The position numbers were made by a program, and so were the translations under genes. The notes under the pieces were generated by a model. The model saw nothing but the letters and a program-made list of their open reading frames with translations. It had not been told where the DNA came from and searched no databases. This document shows, piece after piece, positions 54,140-64,000 of a stretch of DNA of 64,000 nt (position 1 is its first letter; each line of letters begins with the position of its first letter). The stretch comes from an uncultured Actinomycetota bacterium (lineage in GTDB: Bacteria > Actinomycetota > Actinomycetes > Propionibacteriales > Nocardioidaceae): contig CAVVQH010000006.1 in NCBI GenBank assembly GCA_963750345.1, positions 176,549-240,548 of the forward strand, in the 5' to 3' direction.

Positions 54140-54469
54140 TCAGGGGTGGTGCTGGCGCTGCCGGACGTGCTCCTCGAGCCCTGCCGTGTCGAGCCGTTCC
54201 CGGACCCGCAGGGCCCGGGAGAACGCCCGGCGTCGGAGTGCGAGATCGAGGCACGCGGTCACGGGGTGCAGGTGCGCCCCCCGTCCCGGCGCCCGTCCCG
54301 CTGGGTCGGGGACGACCTCGAGGCCGGCTCCCCGGTCAACGGCGACGACTCGCAGCAGATCGGACTTCCCGGCCCGCTTCCGACACCCGACGCAGGTGCG
54401 GACGCTGCCCCCGGTGCTGCGGGACGGACGTCCACCCCCGTTCCCGGGTGGTGCTGGCGAGCCGCCCAC
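54140..54469 (-). CDS. ylxR: YlxR/RnpM family protein
   Basis: RTCVGCRKR..LLRVV, GRGAHLH..CL; between nusA and infB; start uncertain. Confidence 0.85.
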   Translation of the reverse strand: MGGSPAPPGNGGGRPSRSTGGSVRTCVGCRKRAGKSDLLRVVAVDRGAGLEVVPDPAGRAPGRGAHLHPVTACLDLALRRRAFSRALRVRERLDTAGLEEHVRQRQHHP

Positions 54470-54521
54470 CAGTCTAGCCGCTCCTGGCGCCGAGTCGCGA
54501 ACCGGATCCGCGGCGGTCCGG

Positions 54522-55545
54522 TCAGGCTCGACGGCGGTCCCCCTCGATCGGCGGCGCCACGGGCAGGGCCGGCTCGGGCGGCGCCTCGTCGGAGCGGATG
54601 TCGATGCGCCACCCGGTGAGCCGGGCCGCGAGGCGGGCGTTCTGGCCCTCCTTGCCGATGGCCAGCGACAGCTGGTAGTCCGGCACGACCACGCGGGCCG
54701 ACCGGGCGGCCAGGTCGACGATCTCCACGCTGCTCACCCGGGCCGGGGAGAGCGCGTGCCCGACCAGCTCGGCCGGGTCGTCGGAGAAGTCCACGATGTC
54801 GATCTTCTCGCCGTGCAGCTCGTTCATCACCGCCCGCACCCGCTGTCCCATCGGGCCGATGCAGGAGCCCTTGGCGTTGACGCCCGGCACCGCGGTCCGC
54901 ACCGACATCTTGGTGCGGTGCCCGGCCTCCCGGGCGATCGAGCAGATCTCCACCGTGCCGTCGGCGATCTCGGGGACCTCCATGGCGAACAGCTTCTTGA
55001 CCAGGTTGGGGTGCGAGCGCGACAGCATGACCTGCGGCCCGCGCATCCCCTTGCGCACGGAGATGACCAGGCACTTGATGCGGGTGCCGTGCCGGTAGTC
55101 CTCGCCGGGGACCCGCTCGCCCGAGGGCAGCAGCGCCTCCAGCCGACCCAGGTCGACCATCACGTCCTGCGGGTCGCGACCCTGCTGGATGACCCCGGAG
55201 ATGATGTCGCCCTCCTTGCCGGAGAACTCCCCGAACTTGATGTCGTCCTCGGCGTCGCGCAGCCGCTGCAGCATGATCTGCTTCGCGGTCGTGGCGGCGA
55301 TGCGGCCGAACCCGTCGGGGGTGTCGTCGTACTCCGGCAGGGGGTTGCCCTCCTCGTCGGTCTCGGTGACCAGCACGCTGACGTGCCCGGTCTTGCGGTC
55401 CAGCACGACGCGGGCGGTGCGGCGCCTCGCCGGTGGTCCGCTGGTACGCCGTGAGCAGGGCCTGCTCGATCGCGTCCACGAGGATGTCGAAGGAGATCTC
55501 CTTCTCGCGCTCGAGGGCCCGCAGGATGGTCATGTCGATGTCCAT
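54522..55545 (-). CDS. nusA: Transcription factor NusA, frameshift near 55420
   Basis: [55 protein letters not shown]. Confidence 0.95.
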
Positions 55546-55550
55546 GCGCC

Positions 55551-56019
55551 TCAGCTCTCCTTCCGGTTGAACTCGATCTGGACCCTGGCCCGCTTGGCGG
55601 TCGCGAGCTCCACCCGCACGGGGGTGCCCTCGACGTCGAGCGTCGCGGCGTCCTCGTCGCTGTCCAGGACCCGGCCGGTGAGCGAGGACCCGTCGGCGCG
55701 GGAGACCGCGACGAGCCGGTCCCGGTTGCGGCGCCAGTGCCGGGGCAGCGTGAGCGGCCGGTCGGTGCCCGGCGAGGTGACCTCGAGGGTGTACGGCTGG
55801 GCGCCCATCACGTCCGAGCCGTCGAGCACCGCGGAGACCTCCCGGGTGGCGTCGGCGATGTCGTCCATGCTGACCCCGCCGTCCTTGTCCACGGCCACCC
55901 GCAGCAGCCGGCGTCGGCCGGCCTGCGTGAGCTCGACGGCCTCGACGTCGAGGCCGATCGCCGCCACGGGCGGCGGTGAGCACCTCGCTGAGCTGGTCCC
56001 GGGTCGCCTCGGTGCTCAC
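55551..56019 (-). CDS. rimP: Ribosome maturation factor RimP, frameshift near 55970
   Basis: VDKDGG, YTLEVTSPGTDRPL, VQIEF. Confidence 0.92.
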
Positions 56020-56174
56020 GGGTTCCTCCCTGCTCTGGACTTGTGGGTGGGACGGTGCGCGGCTCGCCTTCCCCGCGACACCCGCCAGCCTAACCGTTCG
56101 CCGGGGTGCGACCCGACGCCGCGGCCGCTCGCGTCGACACCGGCCGGCACCCCTGGGGTGGCTAGCTCTCCCCC

Positions 56175-56724
56175 GTGCCTCCGCTCCCTCCGCTCTCGCG
56201 TCGCGCCGCGATCGGGGCGGCGGCGCTGACCGGGCTGTCGCGCCCTCACGGCGTCGGGCTGCACCGCCCAGCAGCAGCCCGTCGGGGCGTCGGACCGCGG
56301 TGCCGGCGCGCCGACCTCGACGGCCGCGCGACCCGACGTGGACCTGGCCGCGCGGGTGCTGAGGCAGCAGCGGGCGGTCCTGTCCCTGGTCGTGGCCACG
56401 GGCCGACGGCACCCGCGCCTGGCCGCCACCCTCGCCGACGCCCGGGCGGCCCACCGCGCCCACGTCACCCTGCTCTCCCGCGCGGTGCCCCCCGACGCGC
56501 CCCCGCCGGGGCCGGCCCGGGCCGTCCGCGTGCCCGGCTCCGCCCGGGCCGGCCTGCGCGCCGTCGTGGCGGCTGAGACCCGGCTCGGTCAGGACGGCAC
56601 GCGCGCGGCGCTGGCCGCCCGCAGCGGCCCCTTCGCCCGGGTGCTGGCCAGCATGGCGGCGGCCTCGGCCCAGCAGGCCGAGGCCCTGGCACTGGCCACC
56701 TCCTCCAGGGTCGGGCGCCGATGA
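56175..56724 (+). CDS. Putative Tat-exported lipoprotein, frameshifted
   Basis: LSRRAAIG twin-arginine motif, ASGC lipobox after frame change, helical domain ending LASMAAASAQ. Confidence 0.6.
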
Positions 56725-57167
56725 CCCCTGTCCAGGCCCTGCAGCGCACGCTGGCCGGCGAGCACGCCGCCCTCTACGTGTACGGCGTGCTCGGGGGTCG
56801 GGTCTCGGACTCCGCCCACCCCCGTCTCGCCGAGCGGCTGACCTCGGCGTACACCACCCACCGGGGGCGCCGCGACGAGCTCACCGACCGGGTGCGGGCG
56901 GCCGGTGAGGACCCGGTGGCGGCCGAGGTCAGCTACGAGCTGCCCGGGACCGACCGGCCCGGCCTCGCGGCGCAGCTGGACGCCGCGGCGATCACCGCGG
57001 CGGCCCTGGTCACCGAGCAGCGCTGCGCGGTCACCTACGCCGAGGCCGTGGGCGCCACCTCCGGCGCCGACCGCCGCTGGGCCGTCGCCGCGCTGACCGA
57101 CGCCGCCGTACGCGAGCTGGGCTTCGGCGGGGCTCCCCAGCCCTGGCCGGGTGTGCGCGAGCTCTGA
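56721..57167 (+). CDS. DUF4439 ferritin-like domain protein
   Basis: LAGEHAALYVYGVL, HRGRRD, ALTDAAVR..PWPG. Confidence 0.85.
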   Translation: MTPVQALQRTLAGEHAALYVYGVLGGRVSDSAHPRLAERLTSAYTTHRGRRDELTDRVRAAGEDPVAAEVSYELPGTDRPGLAAQLDAAAITAAALVTEQRCAVTYAEAVGATSGADRRWAVAALTDAAVRELGFGGAPQPWPGVREL

Positions 57168-57192
57168 GCCCCAGGTGCCGGGCTGGGCGGGG

Positions 57193-57897
57193 CTACGGCG
57201 CCGAGCGCCAGGCAGCCACCACGTCGTAGACCTCGCCCAGCCGCTGCACCACCGCGTCGGGCTCGCCCTCGGAGTGGCCGACCTGCTCGCGGGGGATGTC
57301 GCTGTGCGGCACGTGGATGGTCCGCATGCCCACCGCCGCGGCGCCCCAGATGTCGTCGAAGAGCCGGTCGCCGACGAAGACGCAGGTCGCCGGGTCGTCC
57401 ACGCCGACCGCGGCCATCGCGGCCCGGAAGGCCTCGGGCGCGGGCTTGGTCCAGGGCACCTCGCTGGTGTAGACCGCCCCGTCGATGAGGTCGAGCACCC
57501 CGTCGCGCTCGAAGAACTCCTCGTGCCACGACCGCGGCCACACCGTGTTGGACAGCACCCCGACCCGGACCCCGTCCAGGTGGAGCCGGCTGAGGAGCGG
57601 CAGCACCTCGGGGTCCGTGAGCGTGTGCGGCTCCCAGAAGGCGCGGTACTGCGCCAGCAACGTGTCGTCGTGGGTCATCCCCGCCTCGGTGAAGATGTCC
57701 TCCACGGTGGCGCTGACGTGGTCGTCGCGCGAGCGGCCCCACACCGTCTGCACGGCCAGGGCGAGGCGCTCGTGCGCGTCGTCGCCGGCCTGGTGGGCGG
57801 CGGCGGCCAGCGTGCGCGCCTCCTCGGCGAAGTCCACGTTGCGCCAGGGCGTCAGGGTGCCTCCCCAGTCGAACAGGACGGCCTCGACGGACGCCAT
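57193..57897 (-). CDS. HAD family hydrolase
   Basis: VLFDWGGTL, LSNT, KP, FVGDRLFDDIWGA. Confidence 0.9.
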   Translation of the reverse strand: MASVEAVLFDWGGTLTPWRNVDFAEEARTLAAAAHQAGDDAHERLALAVQTVWGRSRDDHVSATVEDIFTEAGMTHDDTLLAQYRAFWEPHTLTDPEVLPLLSRLHLDGVRVGVLSNTVWPRSWHEEFFERDGVLDLIDGAVYTSEVPWTKPAPEAFRAAMAAVGVDDPATCVFVGDRLFDDIWGAAAVGMRTIHVPHSDIPREQVGHSEGEPDAVVQRLGEVYDVVAAWRSAP

Positions 57898-57901
57898 GCG
57901 G

Positions 57902-59707
57902 TCAGTCCCCCGCCACCGGGCTGCCGACCGGCTCCCGGACGGCCGCCACCACGTGCGCGACCAGACCGTCCACGGCGACGTCCTCCCGCTCCCCCGAGGC
58001 CCGGTCCTTGACCTCGACCACACCGTCCACCAGGCCGCGGCCCACCACGACGATGGTGGGCACGCCGATCAGCTCGGCGTCCTTGAACTTGACCCCGGGC
58101 GAGACCTTGGGACGGTCGTCGTAGAGCACCTCGAGGCCGGCCGCGGTGAGCTCGACCGCGAGGCGCTCGGCGGCCTCGAAGATGGCCGGGTCCTTGCCGG
58201 TGGCGACCAGGTGCACGTCGGCCGGGGCGACCTCGCGCGGCCACACCAGGCCGAGCTCGTCGTGGGTGTTCTCCGCGATGGCCGCCACGGCGCGGGAGAC
58301 CCCGATGCCGTAGGAGCCCATGGTGACGGTGACCAGCTTGCCGTTCTCGTCGAGGACCTGCAGCCCCAGCGCGTCGGCGTACTTGCGGCCCAGCGCGAAG
58401 ATGTGGCCCATCTCGATGCCCCGGGCGGTGTGCAGGGTGCCGGTCGCCCCGCTCTCGTGGCAGCGCGGGCAGGGGTCGCCGTCGCGGACCTCGGCGGCCT
58501 CGATGGTGCCGTCGGGGGTGAAGTCGCGGCCGACGACGAGGTCCAGCACGTGCGAACCGGGCGTGTCCGCACCGGTCACCCACACGGTGCCCTCCACGAC
58601 GCGGGGGTCCACCAGGTAGCGGATGCCCGAGGCCTTCTTCTCCCCCAGCACGCCGGGACCGATGTACCCCTTGGTCAGGGAGGGGTGCCGTGCGAAGTCG
58701 GCCTCGTCGAAGGCCTCGACCTCGATCGGCTCGAGCCGGCCGCCCAGCCGCTTCTCGTCCACGCCCCGGTCCCCGGGCAGGCCGATGGCCACCGGCTCCC
58801 GGGTGCCGTCGGGGTGCTTGAGCACCACGATCACGTTCTTCAGCGTGTCGCCAGCGTGCCAGGGCCGGTCGGGACGCGGGAAGGCCTCGTTGAGGTGCGC
58901 CACCAGGGTGTCGATGGTCGGGGTGTCCGGCGTCAGCTCGGCGTGCGCGGCCGGCACGTCGTCGTAGGCCACCGGTGCGGGGGCGTGCACCTCGACCGCC
59001 TCGACGTTGGCCGCGTAGTCGCAGGTGCTGCAGCGCACGTAGGTGTCCTCGCCGTTCTCGGCCGTGGCCAGGAACTCCTCGGAGCGGGAGCCGCCCATGG
59101 CGCCCGAGGTCGCCCGCACGACCACCCAGTCGAAGCCGAGCCGGTCGAAGGTGCGCACGTACGCCGCCCGGTGGGCCTCGTAGGAGCGGTCCAGGCCCTC
59201 GTCGCTGACGTCGAAGGAGTAGGAGTCCTTCATGACGAACTCACGGCCGCGCAGCACCCCCGCGCGCGGACGCGCCTCGTCGCGGTACTTGGTCTGGATC
59301 TGGTAGAGCCAGACCGGGAGGTCCTTGTAGGAGGAGTAGAGGTCCTTCACCACCAGGGTGAACATCTCCTCGTGGGTCGGCCCGAGCAGGTAGTCGCCGC
59401 CCTTGCGGTCCTGGAGCCGGAAGACGCCGTCGCCGTACTCGCTCCAGCGGCCGGTGGCCTCGTAGGGCTCGCGCGGCAGCAGCGCCGGGAACTGCAGCTC
59501 CTGGGCGCCGATGGCGTCCATCTCCTCGCGCACGATCCCCTCGATGCGGCGCAGCACCCGCAGGCCGAGCGGCAGCCAGGAGTAGATGCCGGGGGCGGCA
59601 CGGCGGATGTACCCGGCGCGCACCAGCAGCCGGTGGCTGGGCACCTCGGCGTCCGCCGGGTCCTCCCGCAGGGTCCGCACGAACAGGCTCGACATCCGCA
59701 TGATCAT
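57902..59707 (-). CDS. proS: Proline--tRNA ligase
   Basis: [40 protein letters not shown]. Confidence 0.98.
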   Translation of the reverse strand: MIMRMSSLFVRTLREDPADAEVPSHRLLVRAGYIRRAAPGIYSWLPLGLRVLRRIEGIVREEMDAIGAQELQFPALLPREPYEATGRWSEYGDGVFRLQDRKGGDYLLGPTHEEMFTLVVKDLYSSYKDLPVWLYQIQTKYRDEARPRAGVLRGREFVMKDSYSFDVSDEGLDRSYEAHRAAYVRTFDRLGFDWVVVRATSGAMGGSRSEEFLATAENGEDTYVRCSTCDYAANVEAVEVHAPAPVAYDDVPAAHAELTPDTPTIDTLVAHLNEAFPRPDRPWHAGDTLKNVIVVLKHPDGTREPVAIGLPGDRGVDEKRLGGRLEPIEVEAFDEADFARHPSLTKGYIGPGVLGEKKASGIRYLVDPRVVEGTVWVTGADTPGSHVLDLVVGRDFTPDGTIEAAEVRDGDPCPRCHESGATGTLHTARGIEMGHIFALGRKYADALGLQVLDENGKLVTVTMGSYGIGVSRAVAAIAENTHDELGLVWPREVAPADVHLVATGKDPAIFEAAERLAVELTAAGLEVLYDDRPKVSPGVKFKDAELIGVPTIVVVGRGLVDGVVEVKDRASGEREDVAVDGLVAHVVAAVREPVGSPVAGD

Positions 59708-59732
59708 GCGGGAAGGGTAGCCGCTCGCGACC

Positions 59733-60578
59733 TCAGAACATGATGGTGGAGAAGGTGGCCGTCTGGGTGAAGCCGGCCCGCGCGTACGCTCGGCGGGCGG
59801 CCACGTTGTGGTCGTTGACGTAGAGCGAGACCACCGGGGCGATGTCGCGCAGGGCCAGGGCCACGACCGCCGCCATCCCCCGCGCGGCCAGGCCCTCGCC
59901 CCGGCGGGACGGGTCGACGTAGACGCCCTGCACCTGGCAGGCGTGCGGCGAGGCCGCGGCCACCTCGGCCTTGAACACCACGCGGCCGTTCTCGATCCGG
60001 GCGAACGACCAGCCCTTGGCCACCAGCTGGGCCACCCGCGCCCGGTACAGGTCGGCGCCGCCGCCGATCTCCGGGGAGACCCCGACCTCCTCGGTGTACA
60101 TCGCCACGCACGCCGGGTAGAGCGCGGCGACGTCGGAGCGCTCGCTGCGCCGCACCAGGGGGTCGGGGGCCACCGCGGGTGCCGAGGAGATCTCCAGGTG
60201 CGGCTGGTCGGGGCGGACCTCGCGGGCCGGGGCCCAGTGCTCCTCCAGCATCTGCCACAGCGGCAGCACCGTCTCGGCCGGACCGACGATGGTCGAGCAG
60301 CGCCGGGGTGCGGACACCGCCCGGTCGGCGAACGCGCTCAGGGCCTCCGGGGTGGCCTGCACCGGCACGAGGTTGGCGGCGGCGTGGCAGAGCGAGACCA
60401 GCTCGCCGTCCACCTCGTAGCCCCACACCTCGCCGCCCAGCCAGCGGGGCTCCAGCTGGGTCAGCCGGCTGCGGTAGTCGACGAACACGCCGACCACCGG
60501 GTCGAGGGCGACCAGGTCCTGCACCGCGGGCAGGTCGGAGGGGCCGAGGAGACGGAGACCCTGACGTGTCCGGAGCAC
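59733..60578 (-). CDS. GNAT family acetyltransferase (DUF4081-type)
   Basis: [39 protein letters not shown]. Confidence 0.88.
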   Translation of the reverse strand: MLRTRQGLRLLGPSDLPAVQDLVALDPVVGVFVDYRSRLTQLEPRWLGGEVWGYEVDGELVSLCHAAANLVPVQATPEALSAFADRAVSAPRRCSTIVGPAETVLPLWQMLEEHWAPAREVRPDQPHLEISSAPAVAPDPLVRRSERSDVAALYPACVAMYTEEVGVSPEIGGGADLYRARVAQLVAKGWSFARIENGRVVFKAEVAAASPHACQVQGVYVDPSRRGEGLAARGMAAVVALALRDIAPVVSLYVNDHNVAARRAYARAGFTQTATFSTIMF

Positions 60579-60619
60579 AGGCGGAGCCTACGCGACCGGA
60601 CCCCGCCGGGGACCCCGCC

Positions 60620-62098
60620 TCACACGGGTGTGGAGTCGCGGGGCGCGTCCGCCTGACGCGGCACGCCGGCGGTGGCCCCGGACCGCTCACTCGCAGCGTC
60701 CGCGCCGTCCGCCGTGACCCCGGCCGGCGCACCCTCGACCGGCTGCTCGGGCTCGTCGGCGTCGAGCATGGTGGTCTCGTCGAAGGGCCGGTCGCCGCTG
60801 AGCACCGCGTCGAGCTGCGCACGGTCCAGCCCACCGGTCCAGTGTCCGACCAGGATCGTGGCCACGGCGTTGCCGGCGAAGTTGGTCAGCGCCCGGGCCT
60901 CGGACATGAAGCGGTCGATGCCCACGATCAGGCCCACGCCGTCGAGCAGCTCGGGGCGGTGCGAGGACAGCCCGCCGGCCAGGGTGGCCAGGCCGGCCCC
61001 GGTGACGCCTGCCGCGCCCTTGGAGGCGATCACCATGAACACCAGCAGCGAGATCTGCTCGCCGATCGCCAGCGGCTTGCCCAGCGCCTCGGCGATGAAC
61101 AGCGAGGCCATGGTCAGGTAGATCGCGGTGCCGTCGAGGTTGAAGGAGTACCCGGTCGGGACCACCACGCCGACCGTCGTCCGGTCCACGCCGGCGTGCT
61201 CCAGCTTCGCCATCACCCGGGGCAGCGCCGACTCGGAGGACGAGGTGGACAGGATCAGCAGGAACTCGCGGCCGAGGTACCGGAAGAGCGAGAGGACGTT
61301 GACGCCGGTGGCCAGCTTGAGGATGGTGCCCAGCACGAGGAAGACGAACAGGAAGCACGTCACGTAGAAGGCCACCATGAGGGCGGCCAGGCTCTTCAGG
61401 GCGTCGACGCCGGTCTCGCCGACGACGGCCGCGATCGCGCCGAACGCGCCGATCGGGGCCGCCCACATGATCATGGCCAGCACCCGGAAGACCACCCGCT
61501 GGATGTGCTCGATGCCTCGGATGACCGGCTTCCCCGCGGCTCCCATCGCCTGCACCGCGAAGCCCACGAGCAGGGCCACCAGCAGGGTCTGCAGCACCTC
61601 ACCCTCGGTCAGGGCGGAGACCAGCGTGGTCGGGATGATCCCGATGAGGAACTCGGTGGTCGTGCCCGCGCCGGCCGCCTGGTCCTTGCCGGCCCCGGCG
61701 AGGTCGGCCGTCAGGTCCAGCCCCGACCCGGGGTGCAGCACGTTGCCGACCACCAGCCCGATGGCCAGCGCCACCGTCGACATGGTGAGGAAGTAGCCGA
61801 GAGCGAGGCCGCCGACCTTGCCGACGTGGGCGGCGCTGGCCACCGAGCCGACGCCGAGCACGATCGTGCAGAAGATCACCGGGGAGATCATCATCCGGAT
61901 CAGCGCCACGAACGCCTCGCCGATGGGCTTCAGCCCGACCGCGAAGTCGGGGGCCACGAACCCCACCAGGACGCCCAGCGCGACGGCCACGATGACCGCC
62001 ATGTAGAGGAAGTGCGAGCGGTCGCGCCGCGCCGCCGGAGCCGCCGACCCGGTGGTGGTCGACGAGGTGCTGCTGGGCTCTGGTGACTCTGACGACAT
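60620..62098 (-). CDS. dctA: C4-dicarboxylate:cation symporter
   Basis: STSSSESALP, PTGYSFNLDGT, SKGAAGVTGAG, GIDRFMSEARALTN. Confidence 0.93.
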   Translation of the reverse strand: MSSESPEPSSTSSTTTGSAAPAARRDRSHFLYMAVIVAVALGVLVGFVAPDFAVGLKPIGEAFVALIRMMISPVIFCTIVLGVGSVASAAHVGKVGGLALGYFLTMSTVALAIGLVVGNVLHPGSGLDLTADLAGAGKDQAAGAGTTTEFLIGIIPTTLVSALTEGEVLQTLLVALLVGFAVQAMGAAGKPVIRGIEHIQRVVFRVLAMIMWAAPIGAFGAIAAVVGETGVDALKSLAALMVAFYVTCFLFVFLVLGTILKLATGVNVLSLFRYLGREFLLILSTSSSESALPRVMAKLEHAGVDRTTVGVVVPTGYSFNLDGTAIYLTMASLFIAEALGKPLAIGEQISLLVFMVIASKGAAGVTGAGLATLAGGLSSHRPELLDGVGLIVGIDRFMSEARALTNFAGNAVATILVGHWTGGLDRAQLDAVLSGDRPFDETTMLDADEPEQPVEGAPAGVTADGADAASERSGATAGVPRQADAPRDSTPV

Positions 62099-62146
62099 GG
62101 GGTTCCTCCGAGACGTGGGGTGGGCAGACCCGACTCTGCCCTACCT

Positions 62147-62162
62147 GGTGAGCCACGTCACC
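62147..62162. promoter_or_regulatory. CRP/GlxR-like binding site upstream of dctA
   Basis: GGTGA-gccacg-TCACC, matching the GTGA-N6-TCAC core. Confidence 0.5.
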
Positions 62163-62183
62163 CCGACGAGCCGCGTCAGCGGC

Positions 62184-63341
62184 TCAGGAGACGCTGACCG
62201 TGGCGCCGCCCTGGGCGCCCTCGACGGGCTCCATGTCCTCGGCGATGCGCAGGGCCTCCTCGATGAGGGTCTCCACGATCTTGGACTCCGGCACGGTCTT
62301 GACGACCTGGCCCTTGACGAAGATCTGGCCCTTGCCGTTGCCGGAGGCGACCCCCAGGTCGGCCTCGCGCGCCTCGCCCGGACCGTTCACCACGCAGCCC
62401 ATGACCGCGACCCGCAACGGCACCTCCAGCCCGTCGAGGCCGGCGGTGACCTCCTCGGCCAGCTTGTAGACGTCGACCTGGGCCCGCCCGCAGGAGGGGC
62501 ACGACACGATCTCGAGCTTGCGCGGGCGCAGGTTCAGCGACTGCAGGATCGAGATGCCGACCTTGACCTCCTCCACCGGCGGGGCCGACAGCGAGACCCG
62601 GATGGTGTCGCCGATGCCGCGCGACAGCAGGGAGCCGAAGGCCACCGCGGACTTGATCGTGCCCTGGAACGCGGGCCCGGCCTCGGTCACGCCGAGGTGC
62701 AGGGGCCAGTCGCCGCGCTCGGAGAGCATCTCGTAGGCCTGCACCATGACCACCGGGTCGTTGTGCTTGACCGAGATCTTGAAGTCGTGGAAGTCGTGCT
62801 CCTCGAACAGCGAGGCCTCCCAGACCGCGGACTCCACCAGCGCCTCCGGGGTGGCCCGGCCGTACTTCTCGAAGATGCGCGGGTCCAGGCTGCCGGCGTT
62901 CACGCCGATCCGGATCGAGGTGCCCCGGTCCTTGGCGGCCTGGGCGATCTGCTTGACCTGGTCGTCGAACTTGCGGATGTTGCCCGGGTTGACGCGGACG
63001 GCGGCGCACCCGGCGTCGATGGCCGCGTAGACGTACTTCGGCTGGAAGTGGATGTCGGCGATGACGGGCAGCTGCGAGTGCTCGGCGATCTGCTGCAGCG
63101 CGTCGGCGTCGTCCTGGCTGGGGCACGCCACCCGGACGATGTCGCAGCCGGCCGCGGTCAGCTCGGCGATCTGCTGCAGCGTGGTGTTGACGTCGGAGGT
63201 CAGCGTGGTGGTCATCGACTGCACGGAGACGGGGGCGTCCCCGCCGACCATCACCGAGCCCACCTTGATCTGCCGCGTCTTGCGGCGCGGGGCGAGCACG
63301 GGGGGCGGTGCCGCTGGCATCCCCAGGTCGACCGAGGTCAT
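62184..63341 (-). CDS. ispG: (E)-4-hydroxy-3-methylbut-2-enyl-diphosphate synthase
   Basis: [41 protein letters not shown]. Confidence 0.97.
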   Translation of the reverse strand: MTSVDLGMPAAPPPVLAPRRKTRQIKVGSVMVGGDAPVSVQSMTTTLTSDVNTTLQQIAELTAAGCDIVRVACPSQDDADALQQIAEHSQLPVIADIHFQPKYVYAAIDAGCAAVRVNPGNIRKFDDQVKQIAQAAKDRGTSIRIGVNAGSLDPRIFEKYGRATPEALVESAVWEASLFEEHDFHDFKISVKHNDPVVMVQAYEMLSERGDWPLHLGVTEAGPAFQGTIKSAVAFGSLLSRGIGDTIRVSLSAPPVEEVKVGISILQSLNLRPRKLEIVSCPSCGRAQVDVYKLAEEVTAGLDGLEVPLRVAVMGCVVNGPGEAREADLGVASGNGKGQIFVKGQVVKTVPESKIVETLIEEALRIAEDMEPVEGAQGGATVSVS

Positions 63342-63393
63342 GGTGTCCTTCTTCTCTTCGATGGGTCCTGCGGGGAGCTCGCGGCCGGGCGGA

Positions 63394-64000
63394 TCAGCTG
63401 AGGCTGACGGGGGCCACGATGTCGGCGTAGATGAGCACGACGCTCGCCACCAGGATGACACCCGCCATCACATACCCCACCGGGAGGAGCTTGGCGATGT
63501 CCACGAACCCGGGGTCCGGGCGGCGCAGGAGGCGGGCCACCCCGCGGCGCAGGCCCTCGTAGATCGCGCCGGCCATCTGGCCGCCGTCCAGGGGCAGCAG
63601 CGGCACCAGGTTGAGCATGCCGAGGAACAGGTTGAGCCCGGCCAGGAGCGTGAGCACCGAGAAGAAGCCGTCGGCCACGGTCGGGGCCTGCGACGTCAGC
63701 TCACCGGCGACGCGGCCGGCCCCGACCACGCTCATCGGCCCGTTGACGTCGCGGGTCTCCAGACCGACCGCGGCCCGGGCGACGTGGTAGAGGTTCCCGG
63801 GCAGGGCGCCGATGCCCTTGACCGTCTGCCAGGTGCCGCTGGCCATGGTCGAGACCACGAAGCCCGGCCCCTGGCGCACCGTCTCCTGCGTCGGCACGAC
63901 GCCGAGGAAGCCGGTGCGCGACACCTTCTGCGGGTCGTCGGGATCGGGCCGGGTGGAGACGGTCGTGCTGGTGGTGAGCGTACGACGGGCGCCGTCCCGC
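63394..64000 (-). CDS. M50 family site-2 protease (RseP/Rip1-like), 5' end outside window
   Basis: [11 protein letters not shown] motif; directly upstream of ispG. Confidence 0.88.
   Translation of the reverse strand, partial: RDGARRTLTTSTTVSTRPDPDDPQKVSRTGFLGVVPTQETVRQGPGFVVSTMASGTWQTVKGIGALPGNLYHVARAAVGLETRDVNGPMSVVGAGRVAGELTSQAPTVADGFFSVLTLLAGLNLFLGMLNLVPLLPLDGGQMAGAIYEGLRRGVARLLRRPDPGFVDIAKLLPVGYVMAGVILVASVVLIYADIVAPVSLS

Overview
High-GC actinobacterial chromosome segment (Nocardioides/Marmoricola-like gene content, an inference from gene order and protein style). It carries the conserved rseP-ispG-proS-rimP-nusA-ylxR-infB-rbfA-truB-ribF-rpsO-pnp-pepR-dapB-thyA-folA-dapA-ftsK-rodZ-rimO-pgsA-clgR backbone on the minus strand. 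Accessory blocks interrupt it: a yeh-like SWIM/AAA/VWA cluster, a GH15 hydrolase, a DUF1059+EAL pair, aqpZ, paaABCDE, two GAF-ANTAR genes, a SatD cassette, an oxidoreductase trio, a PadR pair, a complete fructose PTS locus and dctA. Many genes, including essential ones, show single-base frameshifts that are most likely sequencing indels. The strongest unexplained signals are: (1) a two-gene SatD (class III cyclase-like + HTH) / membrane-protein cassette bracketed on both sides by paired 19-bp palindromes GTTCAG-N7-CTGAAC; (2) a chain of three ATGA-coupled micro-ORFs in the infB leader; (3) an ~85-bp palindromic element in three copies with compensatory changes; (4) a 56-aa DUF1059-like metal-binding ORF missed by the ORF track, in front of an EAL phosphodiesterase. 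No tRNA, rRNA, CRISPR array, integrase or transposase was recognised. All family assignments are by motif recognition, not by database search.
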